A stretch of DNA of 64,000 bases, from the NCBI GenBank assembly GCA_963823915.1, contig CAWGNJ010000002.1, positions 79,192-143,191 of the forward strand, in the 5' to 3' direction. Made by a program: the position numbers and the translations under genes. The notes under the pieces are model-generated. The model did not search any database. It saw only the letters and a list, made by a program, of their open reading frames with translations, and had not been told where the DNA came from. Source of the stretch: an uncultured Actinomycetota bacterium (GTDB taxonomy: Bacteria > Actinomycetota > Acidimicrobiia > Spongiisociales > UBA4744). Positions within the stretch are counted from its first letter, which is position 1. Each line of letters begins with the position of its first letter. This document shows positions 28,916-40,201 of this stretch, one piece after another.

Positions 28916-29641
28916 CTAGGCCGTGGCCCGGATGATGGCGCTGACTGCGTCGGGTGCCACCTGGTGGGTGACTTCCATCTCGACGTCGTGGAAGCCGGCT
29001 CCTTCGAGACCGGCCACAAAATCGTCCTTGAAGAGCGCGCCGGCCAGACATCCAGTCCAGGAGGCCAGATCCGATTGCTCTTCATCGGTGAAGTGGCGGG
29101 TGGTGACGATATCGGTCACTGCAAAACGGCCGCCCGGCTTGAGGACTCTATGGGCTTCCCGGAAGACTTCCGGCTTGTCGACAGACAGATTGATGACGCA
29201 GTTGGAGATGATCACGTCAACCGAGTCGTCCGGCAGCGGGATAGCTTCGATTTCGCCCTTGAGGAACTCAACGTTCTCGATGCCCGCCTCCGCCTGATTG
29301 CGGCGGGCCAGATCCAACATTTCGTCGGTCATGTCGAGCCCATAGACCTTCCCGGTTGACCCCACTCGGCGAGCCGACAGAAAGGCGTCAAGCCCGCCAC
29401 CGGATCCGAGGTCCAGCACGGCCTCACCCTCCTTGAGAGCAGCCACCGCAGTCGGATTGCCACAGCCCAGCGAGGCCAGGCGGGCGGTGTCGGGAATCCC
29501 TTCGGTCTCGAGAGCCTCATACAACTCGGCACCAAGACCATCGCTGGCGGCCGGATCGGGCCCACAACACGAACCGGTTTCCCGAACTTGCAGCGCCGCG
29601 GTTGCGTATCGCTTGCGAACGGCGTCCTTGATGTCGGCCAT
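28916..29641 (-). CDS. arsM: arsenite S-adenosylmethionine methyltransferase-like protein
   Basis: Intact 241 aa. [31 protein letters not shown] and WTGCLAGA match the ArsM Cys and SAM motifs. Confidence 0.75.
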   Translation of the reverse strand: MADIKDAVRKRYATAALQVRETGSCCGPDPAASDGLGAELYEALETEGIPDTARLASLGCGNPTAVAALKEGEAVLDLGSGGGLDAFLSARRVGSTGKVYGLDMTDEMLDLARRNQAEAGIENVEFLKGEIEAIPLPDDSVDVIISNCVINLSVDKPEVFREAHRVLKPGGRFAVTDIVTTRHFTDEEQSDLASWTGCLAGALFKDDFVAGLEGAGFHDVEMEVTHQVAPDAVSAIIRATA

Positions 29642-29653
29642 GGCGACTCCTAT

Positions 29654-29663
29654 ATATCGATAT
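29654..29663. promoter_or_regulatory. 10-bp palindrome ATATCGATAT upstream of arsM
   Basis: Read directly, 13 nt beyond ATG 29641. Confidence 0.3.
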
Positions 29664-29748
29664 CTGTCTATGTATCGTACCGCATCAATCCGATCGGGTC
29701 AACCGTCGAAATATGGAAAGAATCCTCTTCGTGCAAGAAAAATGAAAT

Positions 29749-29777
29749 ATGACAATACCCCACTCAGGTTATACAAT
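29749..29777 (+). promoter_or_regulatory. candidate sigma-70-type promoter of dnaK (ATGACA-17-TACAAT)
   Basis: In an AT-rich island 51-79 nt before ATG 29828. Confidence 0.4.
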
Positions 29778-29827
29778 GTGGATACGCTAAATTTCGATTC
29801 AAACGAGTCGCAGAACGAGGTGCACAA

Positions 29828-31661
<1,834 letters not shown>

Positions 31662-31687
31662 ATGCCCTCATCACCCGGAGCCAGGCC

Positions 31688-32296
31688 ATGAACGAGAAGG
31701 ACAACGACATGACGGACGTCGAACCAGCGGGTGAGGCCGAGCTCCCAGTGGTCGAGATCGTTGTCGACGACCAAACGGGGCGCATCGATCCGCACAGTCT
31801 CGGGCTGGAGCTTCCCGATGACACTGAGGACGCCGTGCAAATCCTGCTGCACGAATTGATTGCGGCTCGCGAGGAGGCCGGTTCCTATCTGGCTGATCTG
31901 CAGCGGGTGGCCGCCGATTTCGACAACTTCCGCAAACGCATGCTCCGTGATCAAGCGGACAACGTCGAGCGGGCTTCGTCACGCGTGATGATGGGCTTGA
32001 TGCCGACCCTCGACACCCTCGAAGCCGCCCTGACAACCGAAGCAGAGACTCCCGCCGAGAAAAAGCTGCTCGACGGCGTCGTGGGGACATTTGAGGTACT
32101 GCTCGAAACGCTGGCCAAAGAGGGACTCGAGGTCGTTCCGGCGGTCGGTGCTGAATTCGATCCGGAAGTGCACGAGGCGGTCCTTGCTCCTCCCCCGGGA
32201 GACGGTCGCCTCATCGTCACCAGGGAGATGCGACGCGGTTACACCCTCAAGGGCCGGTTATTGCGGGCCGCGCTAGTCGCGGTGGATCATGAATAG
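31688..32296 (+). CDS. grpE: nucleotide exchange factor GrpE
   Basis: LQRVAADFDNFRKR..FDPEVHEAV. Position between dnaK and dnaJ. Confidence 0.9.
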   Translation: MNEKDNDMTDVEPAGEAELPVVEIVVDDQTGRIDPHSLGLELPDDTEDAVQILLHELIAAREEAGSYLADLQRVAADFDNFRKRMLRDQADNVERASSRVMMGLMPTLDTLEAALTTEAETPAEKKLLDGVVGTFEVLLETLAKEGLEVVPAVGAEFDPEVHEAVLAPPPGDGRLIVTREMRRGYTLKGRLLRAALVAVDHE

Positions 32297-33428
32297 GGAC
32301 TGGGTTGAGAAGGACTTCTACAAAGTCCTGGGGGTGGCCAAGACCTCGTCGGCCGACGAGATCAAGAAGGCCTACCGCAACCTTGCCCAGCAATACCACC
32401 CGGACGCCAACCCGGGCGATTCGAGCGCCGAGGAGAGATTCAAAGATATCTCCGAGGCTTACGCCACGCTGTCCCACCAAGAGCAACGAACCGAGTACGA
32501 CCAGGTTCGGCAGATGGTCGACTCAGGCAGCTTCCGTGGTTTTGGCGCCCAGGGAGGAGCGGGCGGCTTCGGGGGCGGAACCCAACAAGTGCGCATCGAA
32601 GACCTCAACGATCTTCTGGGCGGAATGGGCGGCGGTCTCGGGGATCTGTTCGGGTTCGGCGGTCGCTCCCAGAGCGGACCGCAACGGGGCGCCGACCTGG
32701 CCACCGAACTCCACCTCTCCTTCGAAGACTCAATCGCCGGAGTCACCACCTCGGTGTCCGTCCAGGGTGATGCATCGTGTCGCACCTGCCGCGGGTCCGG
32801 AGCCGAGCCCGGGACCTCAGTCGAGACATGCTCGGTTTGCGGCGGATCCGGGATGACGGCCCAAAGCCAGGGATTCTTCTCCACGACTCAACCGTGCCGG
32901 AATTGCTCAGGGTCGGGCCGCCTCGTCCAACAGCCCTGCCATACCTGCGGCGGCCGCGGCACCGAGAGGCGGTCACGGACGCTCAACGTGAAGATCCCAG
33001 CCGGCGTCCGCCAAGGAGCCACCATCCGGCTCAAGGGCAAGGGCTCACCGGGGCGCAATGGCGGTCCCGCCGGCGATTTGCTCGTCAAGACCCATGTTGC
33101 CTCCCATCCGATCTTCAAGCGAAAAGGTGATGACCTGACAGTGAAGATCCCCGTCACGTTCACCGAAGCGACCCTGGGGGCCGAGATCGCCGTGCCGACT
33201 CTCGGCGGCGAGGTACGTCTCAAGGTCCCGGCCGGAACCAAGAGCGGGAAGACGTTCCGAGTCCGCGGTCGCGGAGTCAACAGACCGCGGGGACGCAAGG
33301 GAGACTTACTTGCCACCGTTGAGGTAGTAGTACCGACCAAACTGTCCCGGGAGGCCAAGAAGGCGCTCAAGAGCTTCCAGGATCAGTTCGAGGCCGATGC
33401 GAATCCCCGAGCCCACCTGAAGGTGTGA
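32289..33428 (+). CDS. dnaJ: co-chaperone DnaJ
   Basis: J domain (DFYKVLGV..YHPD), G/F region, four CxxCxGxG zinc motifs. Confidence 0.95.
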   Translation: MNRDWVEKDFYKVLGVAKTSSADEIKKAYRNLAQQYHPDANPGDSSAEERFKDISEAYATLSHQEQRTEYDQVRQMVDSGSFRGFGAQGGAGGFGGGTQQVRIEDLNDLLGGMGGGLGDLFGFGGRSQSGPQRGADLATELHLSFEDSIAGVTTSVSVQGDASCRTCRGSGAEPGTSVETCSVCGGSGMTAQSQGFFSTTQPCRNCSGSGRLVQQPCHTCGGRGTERRSRTLNVKIPAGVRQGATIRLKGKGSPGRNGGPAGDLLVKTHVASHPIFKRKGDDLTVKIPVTFTEATLGAEIAVPTLGGEVRLKVPAGTKSGKTFRVRGRGVNRPRGRKGDLLATVEVVVPTKLSREAKKALKSFQDQFEADANPRAHLKV

Positions 33429-33429
33429 C

Positions 33430-33852
33430 ATGGCCCAACGCAAAACCAGCAGAGAGAACCAGGCGCTTTTTGTGATCTCGGTCGCCGCCGAACTGGCCGG
33501 CGTACATCCTCAGACTCTCCGAATCTACGAACGGCGCGGACTGATCATGCCGTATCGAACCCCGGGTGGGACCCGCCGCTACTCCCAGGAGGATCTCAAT
33601 CGATTGGCCCTCATCCAGGAGTTGACCGAGCAGGGGCTCAACCTCGAGGGAGTCAAGAAGGTGCTCGAGCTTCGCGAACGGGTCGTCAAGCTCGAGAGGG
33701 AGCTGACCGGGATCAAACGAGAGTTGTCGGCCGCCGAAGATCAAGTCAACCGGGAGATCGCCGCAGTCCACCGCAGCTACCGCCGTGACATCATCCTGCG
33801 CCGGCAACTCCACCCTGACGTTCGGAGACGGCTCAAGGATCTGTTTGAGTGA
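33430..33852 (+). CDS. hspR: MerR-family heat-shock repressor HspR
   Basis: ISVAAELAGVHPQTLRIYERRGL..RTPGGTRRYS. Last gene of the dnaK operon, as in other actinobacteria. Confidence 0.85.
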   Translation: MAQRKTSRENQALFVISVAAELAGVHPQTLRIYERRGLIMPYRTPGGTRRYSQEDLNRLALIQELTEQGLNLEGVKKVLELRERVVKLERELTGIKRELSAAEDQVNREIAAVHRSYRRDIILRRQLHPDVRRRLKDLFE

Positions 33853-33870
33853 ACGGGCTGCGCCCGTTCA
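33850..33870 (+). terminator. hairpin at the hspR stop codon
   Basis: tgaacgggc-tgc-gcccgttca. The TGA stop is part of the stem. Confidence 0.6.
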
Positions 33871-33877
33871 CAGTTCC

Positions 33878-33940
33878 GGGTTTCAGGATCCAGGTCACAA
33901 GTCGGCCGATAGGTGGAACCTGAAACTTGCGACCTGAAAC
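33878..33940. repeat. 7-bp repeat block (aggatcc aggtcac aagtcgg .. ctgaaac ttgcgac ctgaaac), weaker
   Basis: Read directly. Just downstream of the hspR terminator hairpin. Confidence 0.6.
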
Positions 33941-33970
33941 GACCGTCCTTGATCGTTCTACCATCGGTTC

Positions 33971-34762
33971 ATGGCCAATCGCCTCGCGGACCAGTATGCC
34001 GATGACACCTTGCTGCAAGCTCGCCAGGACATGCACGAGCGCTTCTCCGAGTTCCGCTCCGACGTTCGCTCCTGGGTGACGGACCGCATACCGTTCGCAG
34101 CTGGCGCCCGACTTCTCGATGTCGGTTGCGGGAACGGACGCTATTTCCCCTACTACGCGGCCCGCGGGGCCAGCGTGGTGGCGATGGATCCTTTTCCCGG
34201 GATGCTCAAGGCGGCGGCCCGGGCCGGCAATGCGGATCTGGTAGCAGCGGCGGCTGGTTCGCTGCCCTTTGCGGATGCTTCTTTCGGTGTTGTGTGCATC
34301 AACCACGTCTTGGGATTTGTCCCCGATCGGCCGCGGGCGCTGCGCGAAGCCCACCGAGTGCTCCGCCCGGGCGGAACGGTGGCCGTGACCCTCAACACCC
34401 GCGATCACAGCCGGGAGCTGTATGCCGTCTGGAACCAGGCCGTGGGCGAGACCGGCCGGCACCCGGTCGCCACCGCCACCACTGCCTCCTACCGGGCCGA
34501 GGATGCCGAGATCCAGGTGGCTGAGGTGTTTGGCAGCGCCGTCTCCGATCGACTCGAGAACGCCTTCGTTTTCGCCACTCCAGACGATCCGGTCGCCTAC
34601 CTGGCGACTACCCACTTCGCCGAGGAGGAAGACCCGCCCTTGGCACCCGACGAGGTAGTCGTTGTGAACGGCGCGGTCCGAGCTCATGCCACCAAAATGA
34701 TCTCCGCCCGCGGCGTCTGGCGGGTTCCCAAACCCGTGATGGTGATCACCGCCACCAAATAA
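33971..34762 (+). CDS. class I SAM-dependent methyltransferase
   Basis: LLDVGCGNG, VVAMDP, LRPGG motifs. Intact. Confidence 0.8.
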   Translation: MANRLADQYADDTLLQARQDMHERFSEFRSDVRSWVTDRIPFAAGARLLDVGCGNGRYFPYYAARGASVVAMDPFPGMLKAAARAGNADLVAAAAGSLPFADASFGVVCINHVLGFVPDRPRALREAHRVLRPGGTVAVTLNTRDHSRELYAVWNQAVGETGRHPVATATTASYRAEDAEIQVAEVFGSAVSDRLENAFVFATPDDPVAYLATTHFAEEEDPPLAPDEVVVVNGAVRAHATKMISARGVWRVPKPVMVITATK

Positions 34763-34765
34763 CCC

Positions 34766-34814
34766 GTTTTGGCGTCGTACAGACACGAGTGGCGTGTACG
34801 TGTGACGCCAAAAC
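34766..34814. repeat. nested-hairpin repeat, copy 4
   Basis: GTTTTGGCGTC / GACGCCAAAAC. Inner stem ACACG/CGTGT (34783-34797). Between convergent stops 34762 and 34825. Confidence 0.85.
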
Positions 34815-34824
34815 CGTAATTCTT

Positions 34825-36252
34825 CTATCCCTTGACGACTCCGAGGGGGCGTAGGCGAGCCACCTTGTTGGCCAGACCGGCCCGAGCGCAGGCGTCGACG
34901 ACCTCGTCGACATCCTTGTAGGCGTAGGGCGCTTCCTCCGAAAGCAGTTTGACCGAACCGGGCCGCACGGAGATGCCACCTGCCTCCAGGGCCCGCCGCA
35001 CTTCGTACCCGGTTTCCTCCTGCTTGGCCTTCTTGCGGCTCATCAAGCGGCCCGCGCCGTGGGCCGCGGTCGCAAAGGCCGGGTTGCCTTCGACACCGAC
35101 CAACACCCAGGATGCCGTTCCCATGCTGCCCGGAATCAGTACCGGTTGCCCGACTGGTCGCAGGTCTGCCGGAAGGTCGAGATGACCCGGACCAAAGGCA
35201 CGAGTGGCACCCTTGCGGTGCACACAAAGGCGCCGGTCTTGACCGTCGACTTCGTGGGTCTCGATCTTGGCCAGGTTGTGGGCGACGTCGTAGACGAGTT
35301 GCATTCCTGTCTGTTCGGGTGACATCCCAAAGGCCGCGGCGAATGCTTGACGAGCTTCGTGGGCCAGGACGTGGCGGTTGGCCCAGGCGAAGTTGGCCGC
35401 GGCGGCCATGGCTCCCAGGTAGCGCTGCCCCTCTGCCGACTCAACCGGAACCGAGGCAAGTTGTCTATCCGGCACTTCGATCCCGTACTTCTGCATGGCG
35501 GCCCCCATCAGCTTCAACTCGTCGGTGCAAGTCTGGTGACCAAGACCACGACTCCCGCAGTGAATCATCACGCACACCATCCCCTCAGCGAGACCGAAGG
35601 CGCGGGCGGATTCTTCGTCGTGAATGGAATCCACCACCTGGACCTCGAGAAAGTGGTTGCCGGCGCCCAAAGACCCCAACTGCCCGGCGCCTCTTTGCAG
35701 GGCTCGTGCCCCAATGTGGCCGGGTTGCGCTCCCGCAGAGGTCCCGTTCTCCTCGCACCGATCGAGATCCGACTCCCAGCCGTAACCGGCCGCCAGCACT
35801 GCCCGCGCACCGTCGCTGAGCACCTGACGCAAGAGACCCGCGTCGGCTATCGAACCCTTGCCCAGTCCGCGCGGGATGCGACCGTCGAGTTCGTTCATCA
35901 CCTCAGTGCGCCGGTTGTTGAAATCTCCCTCGTCAAAGCTGGATGCCAGCAACCGGACTCCGCAGCAGATATCGAATCCGACCCCGCCGGGTGAGACCAC
36001 TCCACCGGCATCAACGTCGGTAGCCGCTACCCCACCAATCGGGAATCCGTATCCCCAGTGGATGTCGGGCATGGCCATCGAAGCTTCGATGATCCCCGGC
36101 AGGTGGGCGACGTTTTCAACTTGCATCACCGCCCGGTCCTCTTCGGCCTTCAGCAGAAGCGGCTCGGAAGCGAATATGCGTCCGGGGACTCGCATGCCCT
36201 TGTGACGGGGGATCTCCCAGACGCATTCGGCAATCCGGTGCAGGTTCATCAA
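34825..36252 (-). CDS. rtcB: RNA-splicing ligase RtcB
   Basis: Intact 475 aa. [42 protein letters not shown]. Confidence 0.9.
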   Translation of the reverse strand: MMNLHRIAECVWEIPRHKGMRVPGRIFASEPLLLKAEEDRAVMQVENVAHLPGIIEASMAMPDIHWGYGFPIGGVAATDVDAGGVVSPGGVGFDICCGVRLLASSFDEGDFNNRRTEVMNELDGRIPRGLGKGSIADAGLLRQVLSDGARAVLAAGYGWESDLDRCEENGTSAGAQPGHIGARALQRGAGQLGSLGAGNHFLEVQVVDSIHDEESARAFGLAEGMVCVMIHCGSRGLGHQTCTDELKLMGAAMQKYGIEVPDRQLASVPVESAEGQRYLGAMAAAANFAWANRHVLAHEARQAFAAAFGMSPEQTGMQLVYDVAHNLAKIETHEVDGQDRRLCVHRKGATRAFGPGHLDLPADLRPVGQPVLIPGSMGTASWVLVGVEGNPAFATAAHGAGRLMSRKKAKQEETGYEVRRALEAGGISVRPGSVKLLSEEAPYAYKDVDEVVDACARAGLANKVARLRPLGVVKG

Positions 36253-36274
36253 TCCAACTGTACGTCAGAGGTTG

Positions 36275-36414
36275 GCTTCAGGTTTCAGGTTTCAGGTTTC
36301 AGGTTGCAGGTTTCAAGTTGCACGCACGAGCAGCAAGCAACAAGAACCAGCAGGTTTCGGGTCTCAGGTTTCAGGTTTCAGGCAGGAGCACGAGGAACGA
36401 GGAACGAGATACTG
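36275..36414. repeat. mosaic of 7-bp repeat blocks, 20 heptads (GTTTCAG-type dominant)
   Basis: gcttcag gtttcag x3 gttgcag gtttcaa gttgcac / gcacgag cagcaag caacaag / aggtttc gggtctc aggtttc aggtttc / agcacga ggaacga ggaacga. Confidence 0.95.
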
Positions 36415-36425
36415 CTCCCCAACGC

Positions 36426-36455
36426 AAGAAGGCCGGCCCACGGGCCGGCCTTCTT
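36426..36455 (-). terminator. 13-bp stem hairpin downstream of mscL
   Basis: aagaaggccggcc-cacg-ggccggccttctt. Confidence 0.65.
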
Positions 36456-36474
36456 GTTGATCGACGAGGTTTGC

Positions 36475-36852
36475 CTAGCGCTTCAGGGAGTCGCGGATCT
36501 CGGTGAGGAGCACAATGTCCTCGGCCGGGGCCGGAGCCTCTTCCTCACCAGAAGCCTGACGAGCCTTGATAACCTCATAGGGCTTCACAACAAAGAAGAA
36601 CACCGCAAAGGCAATCATCAGGAATACCACAATGGCCTGGATGAACGCCCCGAACTTGATCTGCGAATCGTTGATCTCCAGGATCATCACCTGATTGAAG
36701 TTCGGCTCGCCGAAGATGATGCCCACGATCGGCATGAGAACCTCAGTAACTAATGCACCGATCACAGCCACAAATGCCAGAGCCATCACCAAACCGACGG
36801 CGATCTCGATCAGATTGCCCTTGAGGGCAAAGTCCTTAAATTCCTTGAGCAC
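36475..36852 (-). CDS. mscL: large-conductance mechanosensitive channel MscL
   Basis: LKEFKDFALKGNLIEIAVGLVMALAF. GTG 36852 with GGGAAGGGAGAG upstream is preferred over the longer ORF. Confidence 0.9.
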   Translation of the reverse strand: MLKEFKDFALKGNLIEIAVGLVMALAFVAVIGALVTEVLMPIVGIIFGEPNFNQVMILEINDSQIKFGAFIQAIVVFLMIAFAVFFFVVKPYEVIKARQASGEEEAPAPAEDIVLLTEIRDSLKR

Positions 36853-36975
36853 AAGCTCTCCCTTCCCATACCCGGATTTTCCAGGGACCAAAGTAACAGG
36901 TGTGGAAAGCCCACGATTCGAGCCCCTTCACCGGGGTTTTGACCCCACCGGTTGGCAGAAGTTCCGCGCCGACTC

Positions 36976-37392
36976 TCAAACGTCAAAAACCACCCGGGCC
37001 GACCATCCGTGCGGCGTCTCTTCGATCGAGAGTTGGTGATAGGTGACGGCCTTGATGGGAGGCCCGGATAGCTCCAACCCTGCCGACGCCAGACCACCAA
37101 CCGAGCCCAGCAACCGACAATCGTCGAGTACCTCGATTTCGAAGGAACAAAAGGCCAGGTCGCGGGTCTCCGCCTCAAACAGCAGCGTGCTCAACCAGTC
37201 GACCAGCAGGTCCTCGACGTTGGCCGCCTCAACCTCGATCCGGACCCGTTCACTCTCGACCAGATCGCCGATGCCAAACATCAGATCAACCATGGCGAAA
37301 GCGCCATTCTCGAAGACCTCCCTGAGGGTGGCACCGAACACGATGATTCCCGTGTCGGCGGTATGGGAGAGAACTTCGTACCGGGGCGCCAT
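36976..37392 (-). CDS. archease
   Basis: YEVLSHTADTGIIVFG..FENGAFAM..IKAVTYHQLSIE is the archease pattern. Start at MAPRYEV. Confidence 0.8.
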   Translation of the reverse strand: MAPRYEVLSHTADTGIIVFGATLREVFENGAFAMVDLMFGIGDLVESERVRIEVEAANVEDLLVDWLSTLLFEAETRDLAFCSFEIEVLDDCRLLGSVGGLASAGLELSGPPIKAVTYHQLSIEETPHGWSARVVFDV

Positions 37393-37517
37393 GGCGACAT
37401 TGTGCCATCCATCCAGTCCGGTTCCGGCGTGACTTGCCTGCCATATGGGCAGGTTTCTCACGCAAGTATGGGAAGACCGCTAAGTCGCTCGGCTTGGCGT
37501 TCCGATAATCAACTGCA

Positions 37518-38987
37518 ATGGACAACACCAACGATCTGGCGGTGCTGCTCGCCTCTCAGTACCCGCTCCTCCTCGTAGAAGCGCAGGAGGAAGAGCGCCT
37601 GCTCGGAATCATCCGCGAAGCAGCCCACCGGCTCGACCTGCCCGTGTGGACGTGGTCGGCCACCCGCGGTCTGGCCAAGGACGGTCATCATGCTCAGTAC
37701 CAAACCGTCGATCCGCATGTCGCCCTGGAATTCGTCGGAGAGCTGTCGGGCCCCGGCGTCTTCGTCTTCGCCGACGTCCATCCGCTCCTCAACGATGCCC
37801 TGGTCATCCGCCGGATCAAGGAAATCGCCCAGGGGGCTCGACGAGGTCAGACCCTGGTTCTCACCGGTCCTCGAAACGAAGTTCCGCCCGAGATCGAGAG
37901 CCTCGCCCATCAGTGGTCGCTCAAACCGCCCGATCGAGAAGAGTTGCACGCCCTGGTGAGCCGGACACTCGAAACCTTCGTTTCTCGCTCTTTCCCGGTG
38001 GTCGTAAATGCCACCGAGATTGAGCAGATAGTCGACGCCCTCCTCGGCCTCACCATCACCGAAGCCGAACGCCTCGTGCAGCGGGAGGCGTTACGTGATG
38101 GTCAGATATCTCCGGCCGATATCCCGGCACTTCGGACCGCCAAGGCGGAGCTGCTCAATTCCGACGGAATCCTCGAGCTGGTCGAAGCGGATGTCGGCAC
38201 CCTCGACACGATCGGTGGGCTCAACGGCCTCAAGTCGTGGTTGCGGCTGCGGCGACGGGTAATGATCTCCGACGATGCCATGCCCGGCCTCGACCCACCG
38301 AGAGGCGTCCTGCTCACCGGTGTGCCCGGTTGCGGCAAGTCGTTGATCGCCAAGACCCTGGCTCACACCTGGGGACTCCCCTTGGTGCTGCTGGATCCTT
38401 CCCGGCTCTACAGCAAGTACATCGGCGAATCCGAGCAACGACTGACCGCCGCGCTCGCCACGGTGGAAGCGATGGCCCCCGCCGTCCTGTGGATCGATGA
38501 GATCGAAAAGGGCCTGGCGTCATCTGGTGACGGCGACGGCGGAGTCAGCCGGCGAATTCTTGGCACCTTCCTGCGCTGGATGCAGGAGCGCAGCGGCGAT
38601 GTCTTCATGGTGGCGACCGCCAATGATGTCTCATCGCTCCCCCCCGAATTGCTCCGGCGGGGCCGATTCGACGAGATCTTCTTCGTGGACCTGCCCGGAA
38701 CCGACGAGCGAGCCGAAATCTTGGCCATCCATCTCGGCCAAACGAGGGTGGGATCCCGGCCAGTTTGCGATCTGCGGATCTGGTGGCCTCATCCGAGGGG
38801 TTCTCGGGAGCCGAACTGGAGACGGTGGTGGTCGGTGCGCTCTACCGGGCGCTCGCCGACGAGGACGACCTCAGCACCGACAGCCTCATGAAGGAACTGG
38901 CGGCAACCGTGCCACTCTCCGTGTCCCGTCGGGAAGACGTGGCCGTCGCTGCGAGCCTGGGCCGACGGTCGAGCAGTGTTCGCCTAA
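37518..38987 (+). CDS. single-domain AAA+ ATPase (Ycf46-like architecture), frame-interrupted
   Basis: About 230-aa N-domain, then GVLLTGVPGCGKS, VLWIDEIEK, RRGRFDEIFFVDLP. Breaks near 38745 and 38942. The repaired end reads REDVAALRAWADGRAVFA-stop (38985-38987). Confidence 0.8.
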
Positions 38988-39034
38988 CGGTCGGAAGCGC
39001 CGGAATCGGAATACGGGCGGCTATTCTCCCGAAC

Positions 39035-39419
39035 ATGACTGAACGACCAGCGATCATTCACATTTCTGAGGCGGTTGATGGCGACGATGCCCGGGTAATG
39101 ATCACCCTGGAGTGGGCCGACACCACCTTCCACGGGGAAGCGATCGGCTCGTCCGGAGTCGAGCATCGGGCCCGCCTGGTCGGCGAGGCAACACTGAACG
39201 CGGTCGAGAAGGTAACCGACGGCCGCATCCACCTCGACCTCGAAGCCGTTGCCACACAGGATCTCGGGAGTGGTGCAGGTTGCGCTTGCCCAGGTGAACC
39301 TCACCGAGACAGGTGAGTCGTTGGTGGGGAGCGCCCTGATCAGCGAACAGGACCCATCGGCCGCCACCGTCAAGGCCATCCTCGACGCCATCAACCGGAG
39401 ACTCACGACCGTTCTCTAG
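39035..39419 (+). CDS. small hypothetical protein (two beta-alpha-beta-like halves), one frame break
   Basis: MTERPAIIHISEAVDGDDARVMITLEWADTTFHGEAIGSSGVEHRARLVGEATLNAVEKV, then VQVALAQVNLTETGESLVGSALI..ATVKAILDAINRRL after a break near 39280. Confidence 0.45.
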
Positions 39420-40201
39420 GACTCCGCCCGGAAGTCCCAAAAGGACCAGGAATCCAGGACCACCGACTCGGCTACCTCCTGCAACGCTCGAGCGTCGTTC
39501 CGTGATAATCCGGCCCGATACGAAGCCCCTACCGGAGACTCCTGGTAGATCGAGGCGAATATCACACACGCTGCCAAGTAGGTTCCGGCAGCGGTCGGAT
39601 GGCTCCCATCAGGTTGCCAGAGATCCAATCCCGGGTCCCTGCCAATTGCTCGCTGCCAAGCCACCCCGGCCGGTAGCACCTGGGCGCCCAACTCTTCGCC
39701 CAGGGCGCGGTAGCCGATGGTGACTTGATCCTGCATGGCGGCCTAGGTTGCGAACCCCACATCGGCCATACCCGTTTCCCGGGCCCACGTCATCAACAGC
39801 AACGTCTCCGCCCCCGTTTCTGCGATGGCCCGATCAAGAACCCGAGCGGCCGGGATCATATATTCCTCCCGGTAGTCGGCCAATGACGGAATGACGCTTT
39901 GTTCCTGGAGAACCACGTAATCCCATTCCTCTGAGTCGATCATGTTCATTGTTTCCGTTGAGTTGGCATGGTCTCCCAAGCTCCAACCGCCGACCGCAAT
40001 CAATTCCGTTGTGAGGTTCTTTCCTTCGGAGGCCGCCAATTCCAGGATCATCCCTGGAAGGTCATTGGATGAGGAGTAGCTGTTTCCGATCATCAAGACA
40101 GACTGGGGCGGAAGTTCCGTCGTCGTGGACGAACAGGCCGTTAGGAGGATCGCCACGACTAGGCCCCCTACGCCGAAACGCTTCCGGAGGAGCGGTCTCA
40201 T
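39416..40201 (-). CDS. SGNH/GDSL-like hydrolase lipoprotein with an in-frame TAG
   Basis: Lipobox LLTAC-S, MIGNSYS, WDYVVLQEQS. ORFs 39743-40447 and 39416-39736 are in the same frame, separated only by TAG 39743-39745. Confidence 0.6.

Noticed and set aside
29700-29827. Canonical HAIR (CTTGAGT-N7-ACTCAAG) or CIRCE operator upstream of dnaK and clpB
   Set aside because: Not found by eye in either upstream region. Only weak imperfect repeats are present (see the finding).
33833-35227. 464-aa minus-strand ORF overlapping the methyltransferase and rtcB regions
   Set aside because: Its composition is typical of an out-of-frame or antisense read-through (runs of R, G, P). The methyltransferase (plus strand) and RtcB (another minus frame) have convincing family motifs.
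36275-36414. Heptad arrays as a CRISPR array or minisatellite of known type
   Set aside because: The unit length is 7 bp, there are no spacers and no cas genes. The arrays fit neither CRISPR, MIRU or REP size classes.
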